From an uncultured bacterium (GTDB lineage Bacteria; Hydrogenedentota; Hydrogenedentia; Hydrogenedentales; JAEUWI01), in contig CAXBPH010000123.1 in NCBI GenBank assembly GCA_963977445.1, positions 1 to 19,418 of the forward strand: a DNA stretch of 19,418 nt. The letters are read 5' to 3'. Both the position numbers and the translations under genes were made by a program. Shown in pieces: positions 7,616 through 17,624 of the stretch (position 1 is its first letter; every line of letters starts with the position of its first letter). A model generated the notes under the pieces. It saw only the letters and a list, made by a program, of their open reading frames with translations, did no database searches and was not told the DNA's origin.

Positions 7616-10234
7616 TTACGGTTCGTTGTTTTGTAATTTATCACGTAAGCCTTGGTCCAGGGATGGCAGGGATTTCGGATCGGCGGGGGCATAGCTACGC
7701 GTCGCCTCGTCCTTTTCCCCTTCACGTTGCAGACTCGCCTCCACGTTACAGGGGCCCCTCTCCTTCAACAACCACACCTCGGCGATCTGAATGCCCCGGC
7801 CCGTGTCACGGTCCCAGCGAAGATCGAGCTTGCCGTCTTTCGTTGCGGCCCTGGGTATGATGAATTCCAGGGGAGTCACCGGTGCTTCGTCATCCACCGG
7901 GACGGCGGCGCTGTCGCGGCTGATGGTATAGCGGACACCTTCGCGGGTATTGCCGTAGGAACCGTGGATCGGGTATTTGTCGTCGGCCGTGAGGCGGATG
8001 GTGGCGTTGTAGCGGCCCAAGTAGGTGACCTTCACCCGATAGCAGGCGTTGGGGTCCAGGTTGTCGTAGTGCATGAGCACGGGCGTACCACAGAGGGCTT
8101 CGGTTACGTCGAGCCAGGAGAGGCGGTCGGGGCTGTCATCGGGGAGCATGGTGTGGCCTTCACGGGGACTTTCCAGGCTGCCGGGATCTTCCCACTGGGT
8201 TTTCTGCTTCACCAGGTGGGGTTGCTTCCAGGGGAAGCCCAGGTCGTCGTAGAAACTGCCTTCACCGGGCGTTTCCCAGTTGGCGACGCGTTCAAGGCGA
8301 GCGAGTTGGAGGTCACCCTCCACCGCACCTTCGGGCATGGTGGCGGTGAAACGGCCCGTTTCGATGGCGTCGAATTCATCTTCCAACCAGCGACGATTGT
8401 TCATGGGCGTTTCGAGGAAGTCCAGGATGGCACCCCGTTCCGAACGGTGGGCCTTATAGTGCTCCACATCCAACTGGGCCCCAATGCTCTCGAAGAGAGC
8501 CGCACCGAGGGCTTCCAGACTTTTTCGGAGTGGGGCGGTGCTGTCATCCTGGTCAGGTTCCGCGAGGAGAATCCGCGCCTGGGCGATGGCCTCTTTCGCA
8601 CCCAGGTCCGGCGCTTTCCGCAAGACCGCCAGGGCTCGTTCTTCCTGATCCATCGCCTTAAGGAGGCGGATTTTGTTGTAGTGGTCGAAGGTGGCGCGCA
8701 TCACGCAGCTCTGGAACCGCCAGTTGCCCTTGAGGGCCTCGTCCGCATTGGCCTCCAGGTCTTTCCACAGGCGGTAGTTCTCTTCGATGCCTTCACAGGT
8801 GGCCATGGGCTCGTTGAAGTTTTCTTCAAAGCGATAGAGACCCGTGCGCACGTCTTCCGCAATATCAGGGCCGAAAAAGAAGCGGGCGTAGTCCAGCAGG
8901 ATTTTGTCCAAGGGGCGGTCGGGATCCCAACCGAGGGCCGTCCAGACAAACTTATTCACATCATCGCCAATGCCGTCGGAATAGGTGACGAAGCCGTCCG
9001 AATACGCATCGTAGAGGTTGTGAATATTGGCCGCGCCCCGGGGACGGGGGGCGAAGGGTTCCCGGCCGAGGGTGCGGGCGTAGGCCCGGTCCCATTCGGG
9101 GACGGTGTACTGAGCGCGTACTGCGTGGCCAATATCGTCATAGCGACGGATGGGATAACGGGAAGGTGTCCGTTCTCGCTGCTCTTTCGCCGGGATACGA
9201 TTCCAGGCACCATAGATGATACCCGTGAGCCACTCCGGCTCTTCGTGTTGGAGGTAATCAAAAAACCAATTGTTCTGTTCCGGGTCTGCCCCCTGGTTGG
9301 AAGTCCAGATGCCCAGTTCGGGGTGGAGTTCTCGGGCCATGGGGGCGAATCGTCCCAAGGCCTCAAACATGAGATCGGGACGGCGGTGATTGCTGCTGCC
9401 GTCGCCGCCGGTGAGGTAAAGATGGTCCAAGTGGGGGATGGCGCGGAGCATGGTGAGCAGCACGTCCATGCGCGCTTCTTCCTCTTCTTTTGTTTCACCT
9501 TCGCCCCCCATGGCGCTGGTAAACATCCAGAAATCAAAACCGTAGTCCGCACAGATTATGGACCATGCTACCGACATTTCGCCCCGGGTGAGCTTTGTGT
9601 GGGGCCCATCCTTTTCGTCGGGATTGGAATAACTCGTCGTTTCAAAGGCGTTCGCGCCAAAGACGGCCAATTCCCGCATGTACTGTTCGTAGATTGCCGG
9701 CGTCCAGGCGTCATAGCAGTGAGCGAGGTTCCGATAGCCAATCTGGTGGCCCCGATTGGGATAGCGGGGTGCCGAGGCTATCTTGAAGTCGTCGTGTAGG
9801 GTGATCGACCCCGGGCGGAGTTCCATGGTCAGCAAGAGGCGGCCGACGGCATAGAGGACCCCTGGCCCGTCGTGGCCCGCGAGGACAACGGCGTTTAAAC
9901 CCGGACGGATAGCCGTGAAGACGGCAAAGCCTTCGGCCTGCTCCGGGACGGCATAACCCCGTGGGAGGAAGCTCGCCAGGTCGTCAACTTCGCTGTCAAT
10001 GGCGAGAACGATCATCGGCTCCGTATCGGAGGGGATGGCGACGGTCGTATTCAAGGTGATGCCCGTGCGTTTGGCCGTTTCTTCCACGAGTACGCGGGCT
10101 GCCGTCGCCACCACGGGGTCCTCGCTCTTAAGCAGGATGTTGGCACGGCTCAGGTCAAGAGCCTGGACGCCGCCCGCACACAACAACATTGCGACGAGCA
10201 TGGAAAAGACAGGGATTGGGTGTGGGTGGGACAT
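7616..10234 (-). CDS. Large secreted glycoside-hydrolase-like protein, 872 aa (GH20/GH67-type N-terminal domain, TIM-barrel-like core, C-terminal beta-sandwich)
   Basis: Signal peptide ending AGGVQA. EGFAV...LAGHDGPGVLYAVGRLL...APRYPNRG is typical of the GH20 domain-2/GH67N fold. Start ATG 10234 with GGAGAG RBS. Confidence 0.8.
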   Translation of the reverse strand: MSHPHPIPVFSMLVAMLLCAGGVQALDLSRANILLKSEDPVVATAARVLVEETAKRTGITLNTTVAIPSDTEPMIVLAIDSEVDDLASFLPRGYAVPEQAEGFAVFTAIRPGLNAVVLAGHDGPGVLYAVGRLLLTMELRPGSITLHDDFKIASAPRYPNRGHQIGYRNLAHCYDAWTPAIYEQYMRELAVFGANAFETTSYSNPDEKDGPHTKLTRGEMSVAWSIICADYGFDFWMFTSAMGGEGETKEEEEARMDVLLTMLRAIPHLDHLYLTGGDGSSNHRRPDLMFEALGRFAPMARELHPELGIWTSNQGADPEQNNWFFDYLQHEEPEWLTGIIYGAWNRIPAKEQRERTPSRYPIRRYDDIGHAVRAQYTVPEWDRAYARTLGREPFAPRPRGAANIHNLYDAYSDGFVTYSDGIGDDVNKFVWTALGWDPDRPLDKILLDYARFFFGPDIAEDVRTGLYRFEENFNEPMATCEGIEENYRLWKDLEANADEALKGNWRFQSCVMRATFDHYNKIRLLKAMDQEERALAVLRKAPDLGAKEAIAQARILLAEPDQDDSTAPLRKSLEALGAALFESIGAQLDVEHYKAHRSERGAILDFLETPMNNRRWLEDEFDAIETGRFTATMPEGAVEGDLQLARLERVANWETPGEGSFYDDLGFPWKQPHLVKQKTQWEDPGSLESPREGHTMLPDDSPDRLSWLDVTEALCGTPVLMHYDNLDPNACYRVKVTYLGRYNATIRLTADDKYPIHGSYGNTREGVRYTISRDSAAVPVDDEAPVTPLEFIIPRAATKDGKLDLRWDRDTGRGIQIAEVWLLKERGPCNVEASLQREGEKDEATRSYAPADPKSLPSLDQGLRDKLQNNEP

Positions 10235-10917
10235 GGTCGGCTCTCTCCGTGGAATCGGTACGTCAGATGAAGATCCGATGATAGCGATTGGGGGGGGACC
10301 ATGCAAGAGGGGGCCAAGCCGAAATATGTCGGCGTGAGCCCCAAGGGAAGCTTCAACGAGGGTGGCGTGTCGAAGATTCGCCAGAGGTAAATCATGCCAT
10401 GTAGGCCGGGGATGTGCTACGTTGTGACGCATGCCTGATCACAGGTCCAAGCCAGAGCGGTCCCCCCCCGAGAGCTTTCTACTGAGAAGGTGAATCCGTC
10501 TGCGGGAATAGGGTTGGTGTCGAGTTCGCCTCCAGTCCGTCTCGCACCAATCAGAATACGAAATTGACCGCTCTCTTTTAGATGCAGCAGGAGTCATATT
10601 GTGCGGAGTAAGTAGTTCTACGGACTGATACCATTGAAGTTTATGAGATTGTAGTGTAGGCTATGTAGGCGCACAGATCGAAGGATCAGAATAATATTGT
10701 TTTTCTTGAACGTGCGACTCGCCGCCGCCGGGGCTCCGGCTGGTCGAAACGGATTGGAAGCGCCATTGTCGTCCGGGGAGCGTGCTCGTGGCTTTGCCCT
10801 AAGAATCCGTCTGGACCGATACGTAAGTAGTGCTATGCCCACTAGACACACAGACTAATTGTTTTTGTGTAGCGTTACACGAGATGTGCCACTACAGCAG
10901 TGCGAGGAGGATGGCGG

Positions 10918-13900
10918 ATGAAATATGACACCCGAAAACCCACCCGATGGGACTTTTCCTTCGAAGCGAAACTTGCCGCGATTTCCATGTTTGCGGTCAT
11001 TATTCCCCTCGCGATATTCGTGCCCGTAAGCATACAGCGGACATCCCGGGCGCTGACGGATACGATAGCCGGCGGACTCGAAGCGAGTTCGATCTTGGCC
11101 GCGCGCAGCATCGATCAGTTCATTGACGAACGCGTAGCCGACACCCGGCTCCTGTCGCATGCCGGTGTGCTCCAGCGTGACCATCGGGAAGACACCATCG
11201 GGTATCTGACGGCGTGCGTCATGGCGTCAGAGTCTATAGACGACGCTGATGTGATTGACGCTGCGGGAAAAATTATCGCCAGCTCGGGTGAGCAGAATGA
11301 GACGGGTCAGTCGTTCTGGAAAGTCAATCCCGGTTTGAGGGACCTCTTTTCGGCATGTTTGGTTGCCCAACCAGGCCAGGTTTTCGTCTCCGAGGCCCAA
11401 ATATTGGACACGGGCCCTGGGCTTCTTTTTGTGACGCCAATCTCCGATGACGCGAGTGGCGCTTTCCGGGGTGCCCTGGCGCTCGAGGTTAACCTGAATA
11501 GCATCGGGCGGATGTTGGCAACCTTCGATGGAGGGCTGCTTTGGGATAAATTTTCCTACATCGTGGACAACGCGGGCAGGGTACTCGTAACGGATGCCCC
11601 TTCGGTCAAGCCCTTCGATTCCTTCCCCGATTTGCAACTTCATCCCGATCTTCTGTCCATCTTCTCGCAACAGGGTGAGATCGGGCATATCCGCTACGTG
11701 GACGTCATGGGTGATGAAGTGCTGGCGGGTTACGCCGACATGGGCGAATTTGGAGAAAACTTAGCCCTGGATTGGAGCATCATCACTATCGCGCCGTTGG
11801 ACGAAATTACACACCCGGCCCGCGAAACAGGCAATTTGCTTTTCTTTGTGGGTTTGTCCCTGGCGGCCATTGCCGCATTAGCGGTCTACGTCCTCATTAA
11901 AAGAGTCACGCAATCGCTGTATAAGTTTGCGGCCCAGGTCAATGATATTGCGAACGGCAATTTTTCGCAACGATTATTGGAGAAAGCGGAAGTTGGCGGT
12001 GTGATCGGCAATTTGGGCACTTCAATCAATACAATGGCTGCGAGCCTGAAAGAGAATGTGCGGACGTTGGAAGAGCGTGAGCGGAGGCTTGATATTACCC
12101 TCAATAGTATCGGTGATGCGGTCATAACGACCGATACCGAGGGCCTTATCACACGCATGAATCCTGTAGCCGTGCAGCTCACCGGATGGCCCCAGGAAGA
12201 ATCGCTGGGGAAATCCGTACGGACCGTCTTTCCCATCGTCAATTCCCGGAGCCGTGAGACCATGGAAAATCCGGTCGAAAAAGTCCTGACTTCGGGCGAA
12301 ATTGTCTACCTCAGTAACGATACCACGCTCATCGCGAAAGGCGGTAGAGAGTACCAGATCGCGGATTCCGCAGCGCCGATTCGAGACGGAGATGCCCAAA
12401 TCCTGGGCATGGTACTCGTATTCAACGATGTTACGGAAACGTACCGCCTGCGTCGGGAGTTGGAGGATACCCAACGCTATCAACAGGCGCTATTCGACGA
12501 CATGCAGACGATGGTCGGCGTGTTGGATGTCGATGGAACGCTCAAGGTCGTCAACAACACGCCGCTGTCCATTGCCGGACTCGAACCTGCCGACGTATTG
12601 GGCAAGAAGGTGTGGGATTGCCCCTGGTTTGACCACGACACGAAACTGCAATACGTGATGCGCGAATTTGTCAGCGATGTCGCGGCAGGGAAGAGTGTTC
12701 GACAAGATGTGCAGATCCGTGTAAGCGGCGGCCTGCTGTGGATAGACTTTGCCATGCATCCCGTGCGCGATGAAAACGGAAACGTCATCCAACTGGTGCC
12801 TGAAGGGCACGATATCAGTGCCCGCAAGGCGGCGGAAGAGCAGCTTCGTCAGTCGCAAAAGATGGAGGCGCTGGGCAGTCTGACGGGAGGCATCGCCCAC
12901 GACTACAACAACATGCTCGCTGTCGTCCTTGGCTACGCCAGTGTCCTTAGCGAAGAGCTCAACGATCACCCAGAACTGCAACAATTCGTCCACGAGATCG
13001 CGCACGCGGGAGAGCGTGCCACCAAGCTTACGAGAAAGTTACTCTCCTTCTCTCGTTCCCGGGGGGGGGAGGCGGTCAGCGTCGACCTGAATACAATTTT
13101 ACGAGACAAACGGTATATGCTGGAGAAGACACTCACCGTGCGCGTCAAGCTCCATCTTGATTTGGAAGATGGCCTCTGGCCCGTCTGGCTTGATCAGGGC
13201 GACATGGAGGATGCGATCGTCAATCTGAGCATAAATGCCATGCATGCCATGGAAGGGAATGGCACGTTGACGATACGGACGTGCAACGTGCACATCGGCG
13301 AAATCGATTCCCAGGAACTACAATTGGATACAGGCGACTTCGTCCTCTTGAGCGTTTCGGACACCGGCTGCGGGATGGATCAGAAAACGAAAGAGCGAAT
13401 CTTCGAGCCCTTCTTTTCCACCAAAGGCGATTTCGGTACCGGATTGGGCTTGAGTCAGGTTTACGGCTTCGTGGAACGCAGCGGCGGGATGATAAAAGTC
13501 TACTCGGAATTGGGCCACGGAACGCAAGTGACACTCTATTTTCCGAAAGATTCTGAGCATTCGTTCGCGGGGGAGGCGGACACGGACGACGCGCCTCTTG
13601 AAGACTGTCGCGGCAATGAGACCATATTGGTGGTGGACGATGAATCGGCCTTGCTACGACTCAACACGAGCATTCTGAAGGGGCAGGGCTATCGCGTCAT
13701 CGCTACGCAAACGGCGAAGGAAGCGCTCGAAATACTTGAAAGGGAATCAATCGACCTACTGTTATCGGATGTCATCATACCCACTATGGATGGGTACCAA
13801 CTTGCCGCCATCGTGTTGCAGAAGTATCCTGCGGTAAAAATCCAATTGATCAGTGGTTTCAGTGATGAGCGCCATGTGGACAACGTCAATGGGGCGCTGA

Positions 13901-13974
13901 GCGCCAACCTGCTGCACAAGCCTTGTAACGCCCAGGTCCTGGTCAGGAGAATACGGGAGTTGCTCGATTCATAA
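10918..13974 (+). CDS. Hybrid sensor histidine kinase: TM-Cache-TM-HAMP-PAS-PAS-HisKA-HATPase-REC (CckA/NtrB-like core)
   Basis: H-box GGIAHDYNNML, N-box INAMHAM, DTGCGM, FEPFFSTK and GTGLGL. Receiver ILVVDDE...LLSDVIIP...HKP. PAS segments SIGDAVITTD and MVGVLDVDG. GAGGAGG RBS at 10904-10910. Confidence 0.95.
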   Translation: MKYDTRKPTRWDFSFEAKLAAISMFAVIIPLAIFVPVSIQRTSRALTDTIAGGLEASSILAARSIDQFIDERVADTRLLSHAGVLQRDHREDTIGYLTACVMASESIDDADVIDAAGKIIASSGEQNETGQSFWKVNPGLRDLFSACLVAQPGQVFVSEAQILDTGPGLLFVTPISDDASGAFRGALALEVNLNSIGRMLATFDGGLLWDKFSYIVDNAGRVLVTDAPSVKPFDSFPDLQLHPDLLSIFSQQGEIGHIRYVDVMGDEVLAGYADMGEFGENLALDWSIITIAPLDEITHPARETGNLLFFVGLSLAAIAALAVYVLIKRVTQSLYKFAAQVNDIANGNFSQRLLEKAEVGGVIGNLGTSINTMAASLKENVRTLEERERRLDITLNSIGDAVITTDTEGLITRMNPVAVQLTGWPQEESLGKSVRTVFPIVNSRSRETMENPVEKVLTSGEIVYLSNDTTLIAKGGREYQIADSAAPIRDGDAQILGMVLVFNDVTETYRLRRELEDTQRYQQALFDDMQTMVGVLDVDGTLKVVNNTPLSIAGLEPADVLGKKVWDCPWFDHDTKLQYVMREFVSDVAAGKSVRQDVQIRVSGGLLWIDFAMHPVRDENGNVIQLVPEGHDISARKAAEEQLRQSQKMEALGSLTGGIAHDYNNMLAVVLGYASVLSEELNDHPELQQFVHEIAHAGERATKLTRKLLSFSRSRGGEAVSVDLNTILRDKRYMLEKTLTVRVKLHLDLEDGLWPVWLDQGDMEDAIVNLSINAMHAMEGNGTLTIRTCNVHIGEIDSQELQLDTGDFVLLSVSDTGCGMDQKTKERIFEPFFSTKGDFGTGLGLSQVYGFVERSGGMIKVYSELGHGTQVTLYFPKDSEHSFAGEADTDDAPLEDCRGNETILVVDDESALLRLNTSILKGQGYRVIATQTAKEALEILERESIDLLLSDVIIPTMDGYQLAAIVLQKYPAVKIQLISGFSDERHVDNVNGALSANLLHKPCNAQVLVRRIRELLDS

Positions 13975-14262
13975 TTTGGCTATCGGGGATGCTATATTGC
14001 GATCGTGTGGGTCGGAGCGGAATGACGTTTCAGGGCGTGAGCTATGGTTGTCGGGATACGGACGGAAGCAACTACCGGAAATGGGGGCGTCGGGTGCCCG
14101 TTTAATCCGGTGGACGACGCCATGATGCACATGTTAGAGTGAGTTAACTGTTGACATTTGCGCGCTCGGCACTTTTCTTAGCTGGCGTAGTACTCACGCG
14201 GCGTTCCGACGCCGAAATCGGGCGTCGTTGCGGCGTGTCTCGGCCCAGCGAGGAATCATACC

Positions 14263-15159
14263 ATGAAGTCATCTCGGGGCTTTACCCTCATCGAACTACT
14301 CGTCGTCATCGCCATCATCGGCATATTGGCGTCCATTCTTCTTCCTGCCTTGGCCCGTGCCCGGGAAGCCGCGCGGCGATCGGCCTGCCAGAACAATCTA
14401 AAGCAGTTGGGTCTGGCCCTCACCATGTATGCCAACGAAAGTTCCGGCGAGCGCTTTCCTTCGCGGCTCATTTTCGACATTTTCGGAAACTTGAGTCAGG
14501 ATCATATCTTTGATGGCCCCTCGGTCTATCCCGAATACCTGACCGACCTCGAGACCGTCTGGTGTCCCTCAGAGCCACGGGGTACGGTCCTGTCTCGCTA
14601 TGACGGCGAAAAAGGCAACGGCAATGGCATCATTGAGTCCGCCGAACTGGCTCGGGGACCCTACAATTACACGGGGTGGCTGATTATGGACGATGTGAAT
14701 GTGCTGGGTCCGCTGGCGGGTACGGAGGGTTCCGATGCCGCCAATGGGAACCGTTTTACGACGGCCGAACTGATGGGCACTCCCTTCGGTGAATTGGGTG
14801 CGGCAAACATTGCGACCAATGGTGGGGCCAGCGACTCCGACTTTCGGGTATCGGCAACGTACGCCAGCTCGCAGGTTGGTGGGGGAGACACCCTCTTCCG
14901 ATTGCGCCAGGGAATAGAGCGGTTTTTAATTACGGATATTAACAATGCGGCCGCATCGGCCGTTGCTTCCAGCGCCGTGCCACTCATGTGGGATCACATC
15001 AGCGCCAATGCTGCTGCCTTTGCCCACGTGCCGGGTGGTGGCAGTGTGCTGTATCTGGACGGCCACGTGAAGTTCATTAGATATCCTGCCGAACGCTTTC
15101 CGGTCAGCATAGACAGCGGACGTTTCATGGGGCGTTATGATCGCATCTTTGTGCCCTGA
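14263..15159 (+). CDS. DUF1559 prepilin-type N-terminal cleavage/methylation protein with H-X(9-10)-DG C-terminal motif
   Basis: [44 protein letters not shown] at the N-terminus, C-terminal [23 protein letters not shown]. Confidence 0.95.
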   Translation: MKSSRGFTLIELLVVIAIIGILASILLPALARAREAARRSACQNNLKQLGLALTMYANESSGERFPSRLIFDIFGNLSQDHIFDGPSVYPEYLTDLETVWCPSEPRGTVLSRYDGEKGNGNGIIESAELARGPYNYTGWLIMDDVNVLGPLAGTEGSDAANGNRFTTAELMGTPFGELGAANIATNGGASDSDFRVSATYASSQVGGGDTLFRLRQGIERFLITDINNAAASAVASSAVPLMWDHISANAAAFAHVPGGGSVLYLDGHVKFIRYPAERFPVSIDSGRFMGRYDRIFVP

Positions 15160-15478
15160 GTGAGGTAAAGATTCACGGCATTTTCTGGCGCTCCGGCAGA
15201 GGGCGATTGCTAAATAAGCTAGTTCAGACTTAGATCAAATGCAGTTCGTAAGTTTCGGCAGCGTACGCAAGCGCTTTCATAACACCAACGTAACTGCGGC
15301 TCGGCTACCTTTACCTAAAGCCGCCTGCGCTCCCAGGCCTCACGAATTGGAAGCCGACAATCGAACGACTTGGAAAATGTCCGAGACAAATCTTCGCATA
15401 CTTGATAAAAAAGTTCGGCGGGTAGTCTCCCCTTGGGAAGACTATCCGCCGTTTTCCGTTATTCGATAGCTACAACAA

Positions 15479-16381
15479 CTATACGGACGATGCCTTCGCT
15501 ACGCTGTGAGATTTTGAATAGCTGTAGACGCCAAAGAGGATCAGCAGACTGCTCACCAGAGTCAGCATGGTGTAGTGCTCATGAAACAGCACTGCACCCG
15601 TCAGGCCGCCCAGTAAGACCACGAGGGCTCCGGACTGACCAATGTATACGGGCCCCGCAGAGAGCTGGAGGTGGAACAACAACATCTGACTTGTTCCGGC
15701 TATAGCCATGAAGACGAGCATGAGCAAGGCATTGCTGCCACTCAGAAAGAAACTCACGGGCGTCGTGGCGGGAAACAGGCCCGCGATAACCACATAGGTC
15801 ACCAGCGAACACAACGAAGTTGCCAGGGCCGTGGTGGTGGGATTCAGGGTGCCCGGCCATGCGAGGCTCCGATAGACATTTCCGATGCCAAGCGCCAGGG
15901 GGGCAAGCATGAGAATGTAAATCCAGATGCCGCCGCTATTCATGGCGTCCATCCGGGTGCTGACATAGAGAATGGCACCGATGAGGGTGAGGCTCAAAAA
16001 GGCCAGCCGTTTCCGGTCGAAGGCCTCCACATTCAGAAACAAGGCGATGACATAGGTGATCACCAGGGGCAAGGTAAAGGCCAGGGTGGTCAGCCCCACC
16101 CCCGTATGGGAGACCGCACCCGATACGACGAGACGCGGAATGGTGAAGCCCAATAGCGACGCAATCATAAAGTAGCGCAGACTCGACCGATAGGCAACGA
16201 GACGGGTCAGTGCACCGCGATCAATGATCGCGATGCACACAACACAACCAATCGCCTGAGAGAGGGCCGCGTGAACCGGGTGCAGTCCCTGGGACTGCAA
16301 ATAGCGCAACAGCACCAGACTGGTGGTAACCGTGGCGGCCATGCCCCAGAGCATGACCCCGTCGATGGTGGTCTTTCTCAT
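15479..16381 (-). CDS. DMT/EamA family transporter
   Basis: About 300 aa with about 10 hydrophobic segments in two repeats (LFLNVE..., AGPVY...GAVLFHE...LILFGV). AGGAG RBS. Lies 33 bp after the nitroreductase. Confidence 0.85.
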   Translation of the reverse strand: MRKTTIDGVMLWGMAATVTTSLVLLRYLQSQGLHPVHAALSQAIGCVVCIAIIDRGALTRLVAYRSSLRYFMIASLLGFTIPRLVVSGAVSHTGVGLTTLAFTLPLVITYVIALFLNVEAFDRKRLAFLSLTLIGAILYVSTRMDAMNSGGIWIYILMLAPLALGIGNVYRSLAWPGTLNPTTTALATSLCSLVTYVVIAGLFPATTPVSFFLSGSNALLMLVFMAIAGTSQMLLFHLQLSAGPVYIGQSGALVVLLGGLTGAVLFHEHYTMLTLVSSLLILFGVYSYSKSHSVAKASSV

Positions 16382-16414
16382 TAAGTTCTCCTGTGCGGGG
16401 CGAGGAGGAGATGG

Positions 16415-17038
16415 TCACCCACCTCCGAGGCCCTCCCCGTCAAAATAGTCGATTTTCACCACGTCATGGAGGGGGTGGCGGTAGGCGCGGGCCCGCGTGG
16501 GGGCTTCGCCCTTACCGAGCACAATCAGCATGACCGGAATATAGTTTTCAGGAAGATGGAGGAGTTTGGCCATGGCGTCGGGATCGAAACCAATCATGGG
16601 TCCTGTTTCGAAACCCAGGTCCTTGGCAGAAAGCATGAGGGCCATGGCGGCCATGGACGCACTGCGGATGGCTTCGTCGCGCTGGGTCTGGCTTTTCTCG
16701 GCATAGAATCCCTCGATCATGGGCAGCATTTGTTCTTGTACTTCGGCCGGAGTCTCGGCATAGATCCTCGGCGCGTCTTCGTGGGCGTTCAGTTTTCCCG
16801 TAACCAGTATGGCCACCGAGCTGCTGCCCACCTGGGGTTGTCCCCACGCGGCTTCCTGCATCGCTGCTTTCAGCTCAGGATTCCGGGCCGCGATGAAGGT
16901 CCAGTGTTGGAGATTGAAGGCACTGGGGGTTGCCAGGACCGGCTCGAAGATTTTCGACAGCGTTTCCTCGTCGATTTCGAGGCCGGGGGTATATTTCTTA
17001 ACACTGCGTCGTTCGCGTGCAATCGTCGTAAATTCCAT
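16415..17038 (-). CDS. Nitroreductase family protein (YodC/MhqN-like), 207 aa
   Basis: RRSVKKY, TPSAFNLQHW, RDEAIRSAS and TGPMIGFD motifs. GGAGGA RBS before ATG 17038. Confidence 0.93.
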   Translation of the reverse strand: MEFTTIARERRSVKKYTPGLEIDEETLSKIFEPVLATPSAFNLQHWTFIAARNPELKAAMQEAAWGQPQVGSSSVAILVTGKLNAHEDAPRIYAETPAEVQEQMLPMIEGFYAEKSQTQRDEAIRSASMAAMALMLSAKDLGFETGPMIGFDPDAMAKLLHLPENYIPVMLIVLGKGEAPTRARAYRHPLHDVVKIDYFDGEGLGGG

Positions 17039-17061
17039 GGGGTCTTCCTCCGTTGTTGTAG

Positions 17062-17084
17062 ACAATAGTTGTTTGAAACAAGTA
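17062..17084 (-). promoter_or_regulatory. Putative MarR-2 operator upstream of the nitroreductase
   Basis: ACAATAGTTGTT-TGA-AACAAGTA has flanks identical to 17637-17659. Core palindrome TTGTTT-G-AAACAA. Confidence 0.8.
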
Positions 17085-17138
17085 ACAGGGCATAGGTCGA
17101 GAAAAGGGTATGTAGCGATTCGTATTATCTGGTGTCAG

Positions 17139-17606
17139 CTATTTCACTGCCCGAAGTTTTGTCAGGATGGCGATTAAATTATGGAGTTCGTCTTCCGAAA
17201 GCGCCGCCATCTGTTGCCGATGAAGCGTGTCCAGCGGCTCCGCCATGGTGTCCAGCAAAGCGAGGCCCTTCGGGGTCAAGGTCAGCAGCACGACCCGCCG
17301 GTCACTGGCCGGTCGATTGCGCACGACCAACTCCTGACATACGGCCCGATCAACCAACCGGGTCACATCGGGCACCCGCGCCACCAGTCGTTCCGAAATG
17401 TTGGAACAGGGCACGCCTTCTTCAGGGCCTCCCCGAATTATACGCAACAGGTTGTAGAGCGTCTGGGTAATGCCGTGTGACTTGAAGAGGGCCGTCACTT
17501 CGAGCGACAGGGCACTCTCCGTACGGAATATATTCAAATAGGCTTCCACCTCGAGGCTGGTGAAGGGCTTTGTCTGTTTAATTTCTTCTTGCAATGTCTT
17601 GGCCAT
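17139..17606 (-). CDS. MarR family transcriptional regulator (MarR-2), 155 aa
   Basis: HGITQTLYNLLRII, PDVTRLVDR and DRRVVLLTLTPKG motifs. AGGAGG RBS (17618-17613) before ATG 17606. Confidence 0.93.
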   Translation of the reverse strand: MAKTLQEEIKQTKPFTSLEVEAYLNIFRTESALSLEVTALFKSHGITQTLYNLLRIIRGGPEEGVPCSNISERLVARVPDVTRLVDRAVCQELVVRNRPASDRRVVLLTLTPKGLALLDTMAEPLDTLHRQQMAALSEDELHNLIAILTKLRAVK

Positions 17607-17624
17607 AGCGGGCCTCCTGTAGAG

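Noticed and set aside
7652..9799. 715-aa plus-strand ORF
   Set aside because: It is the antisense shadow of the GH-like gene, typical of high-GC codon usage, with no motifs. The same applies to the other antisense ORFs in the track.
10430..10515. TPP riboswitch-like words CCTGATC and CTGAGA
   Set aside because: They occur in the wrong order, lack the supporting stems, and no thiamine gene lies downstream.
15160..15478. Lower-GC gap between convergent genes with a 76-aa ORF
   Set aside because: No RBS, domain, repeat or strong hairpin that I can support.
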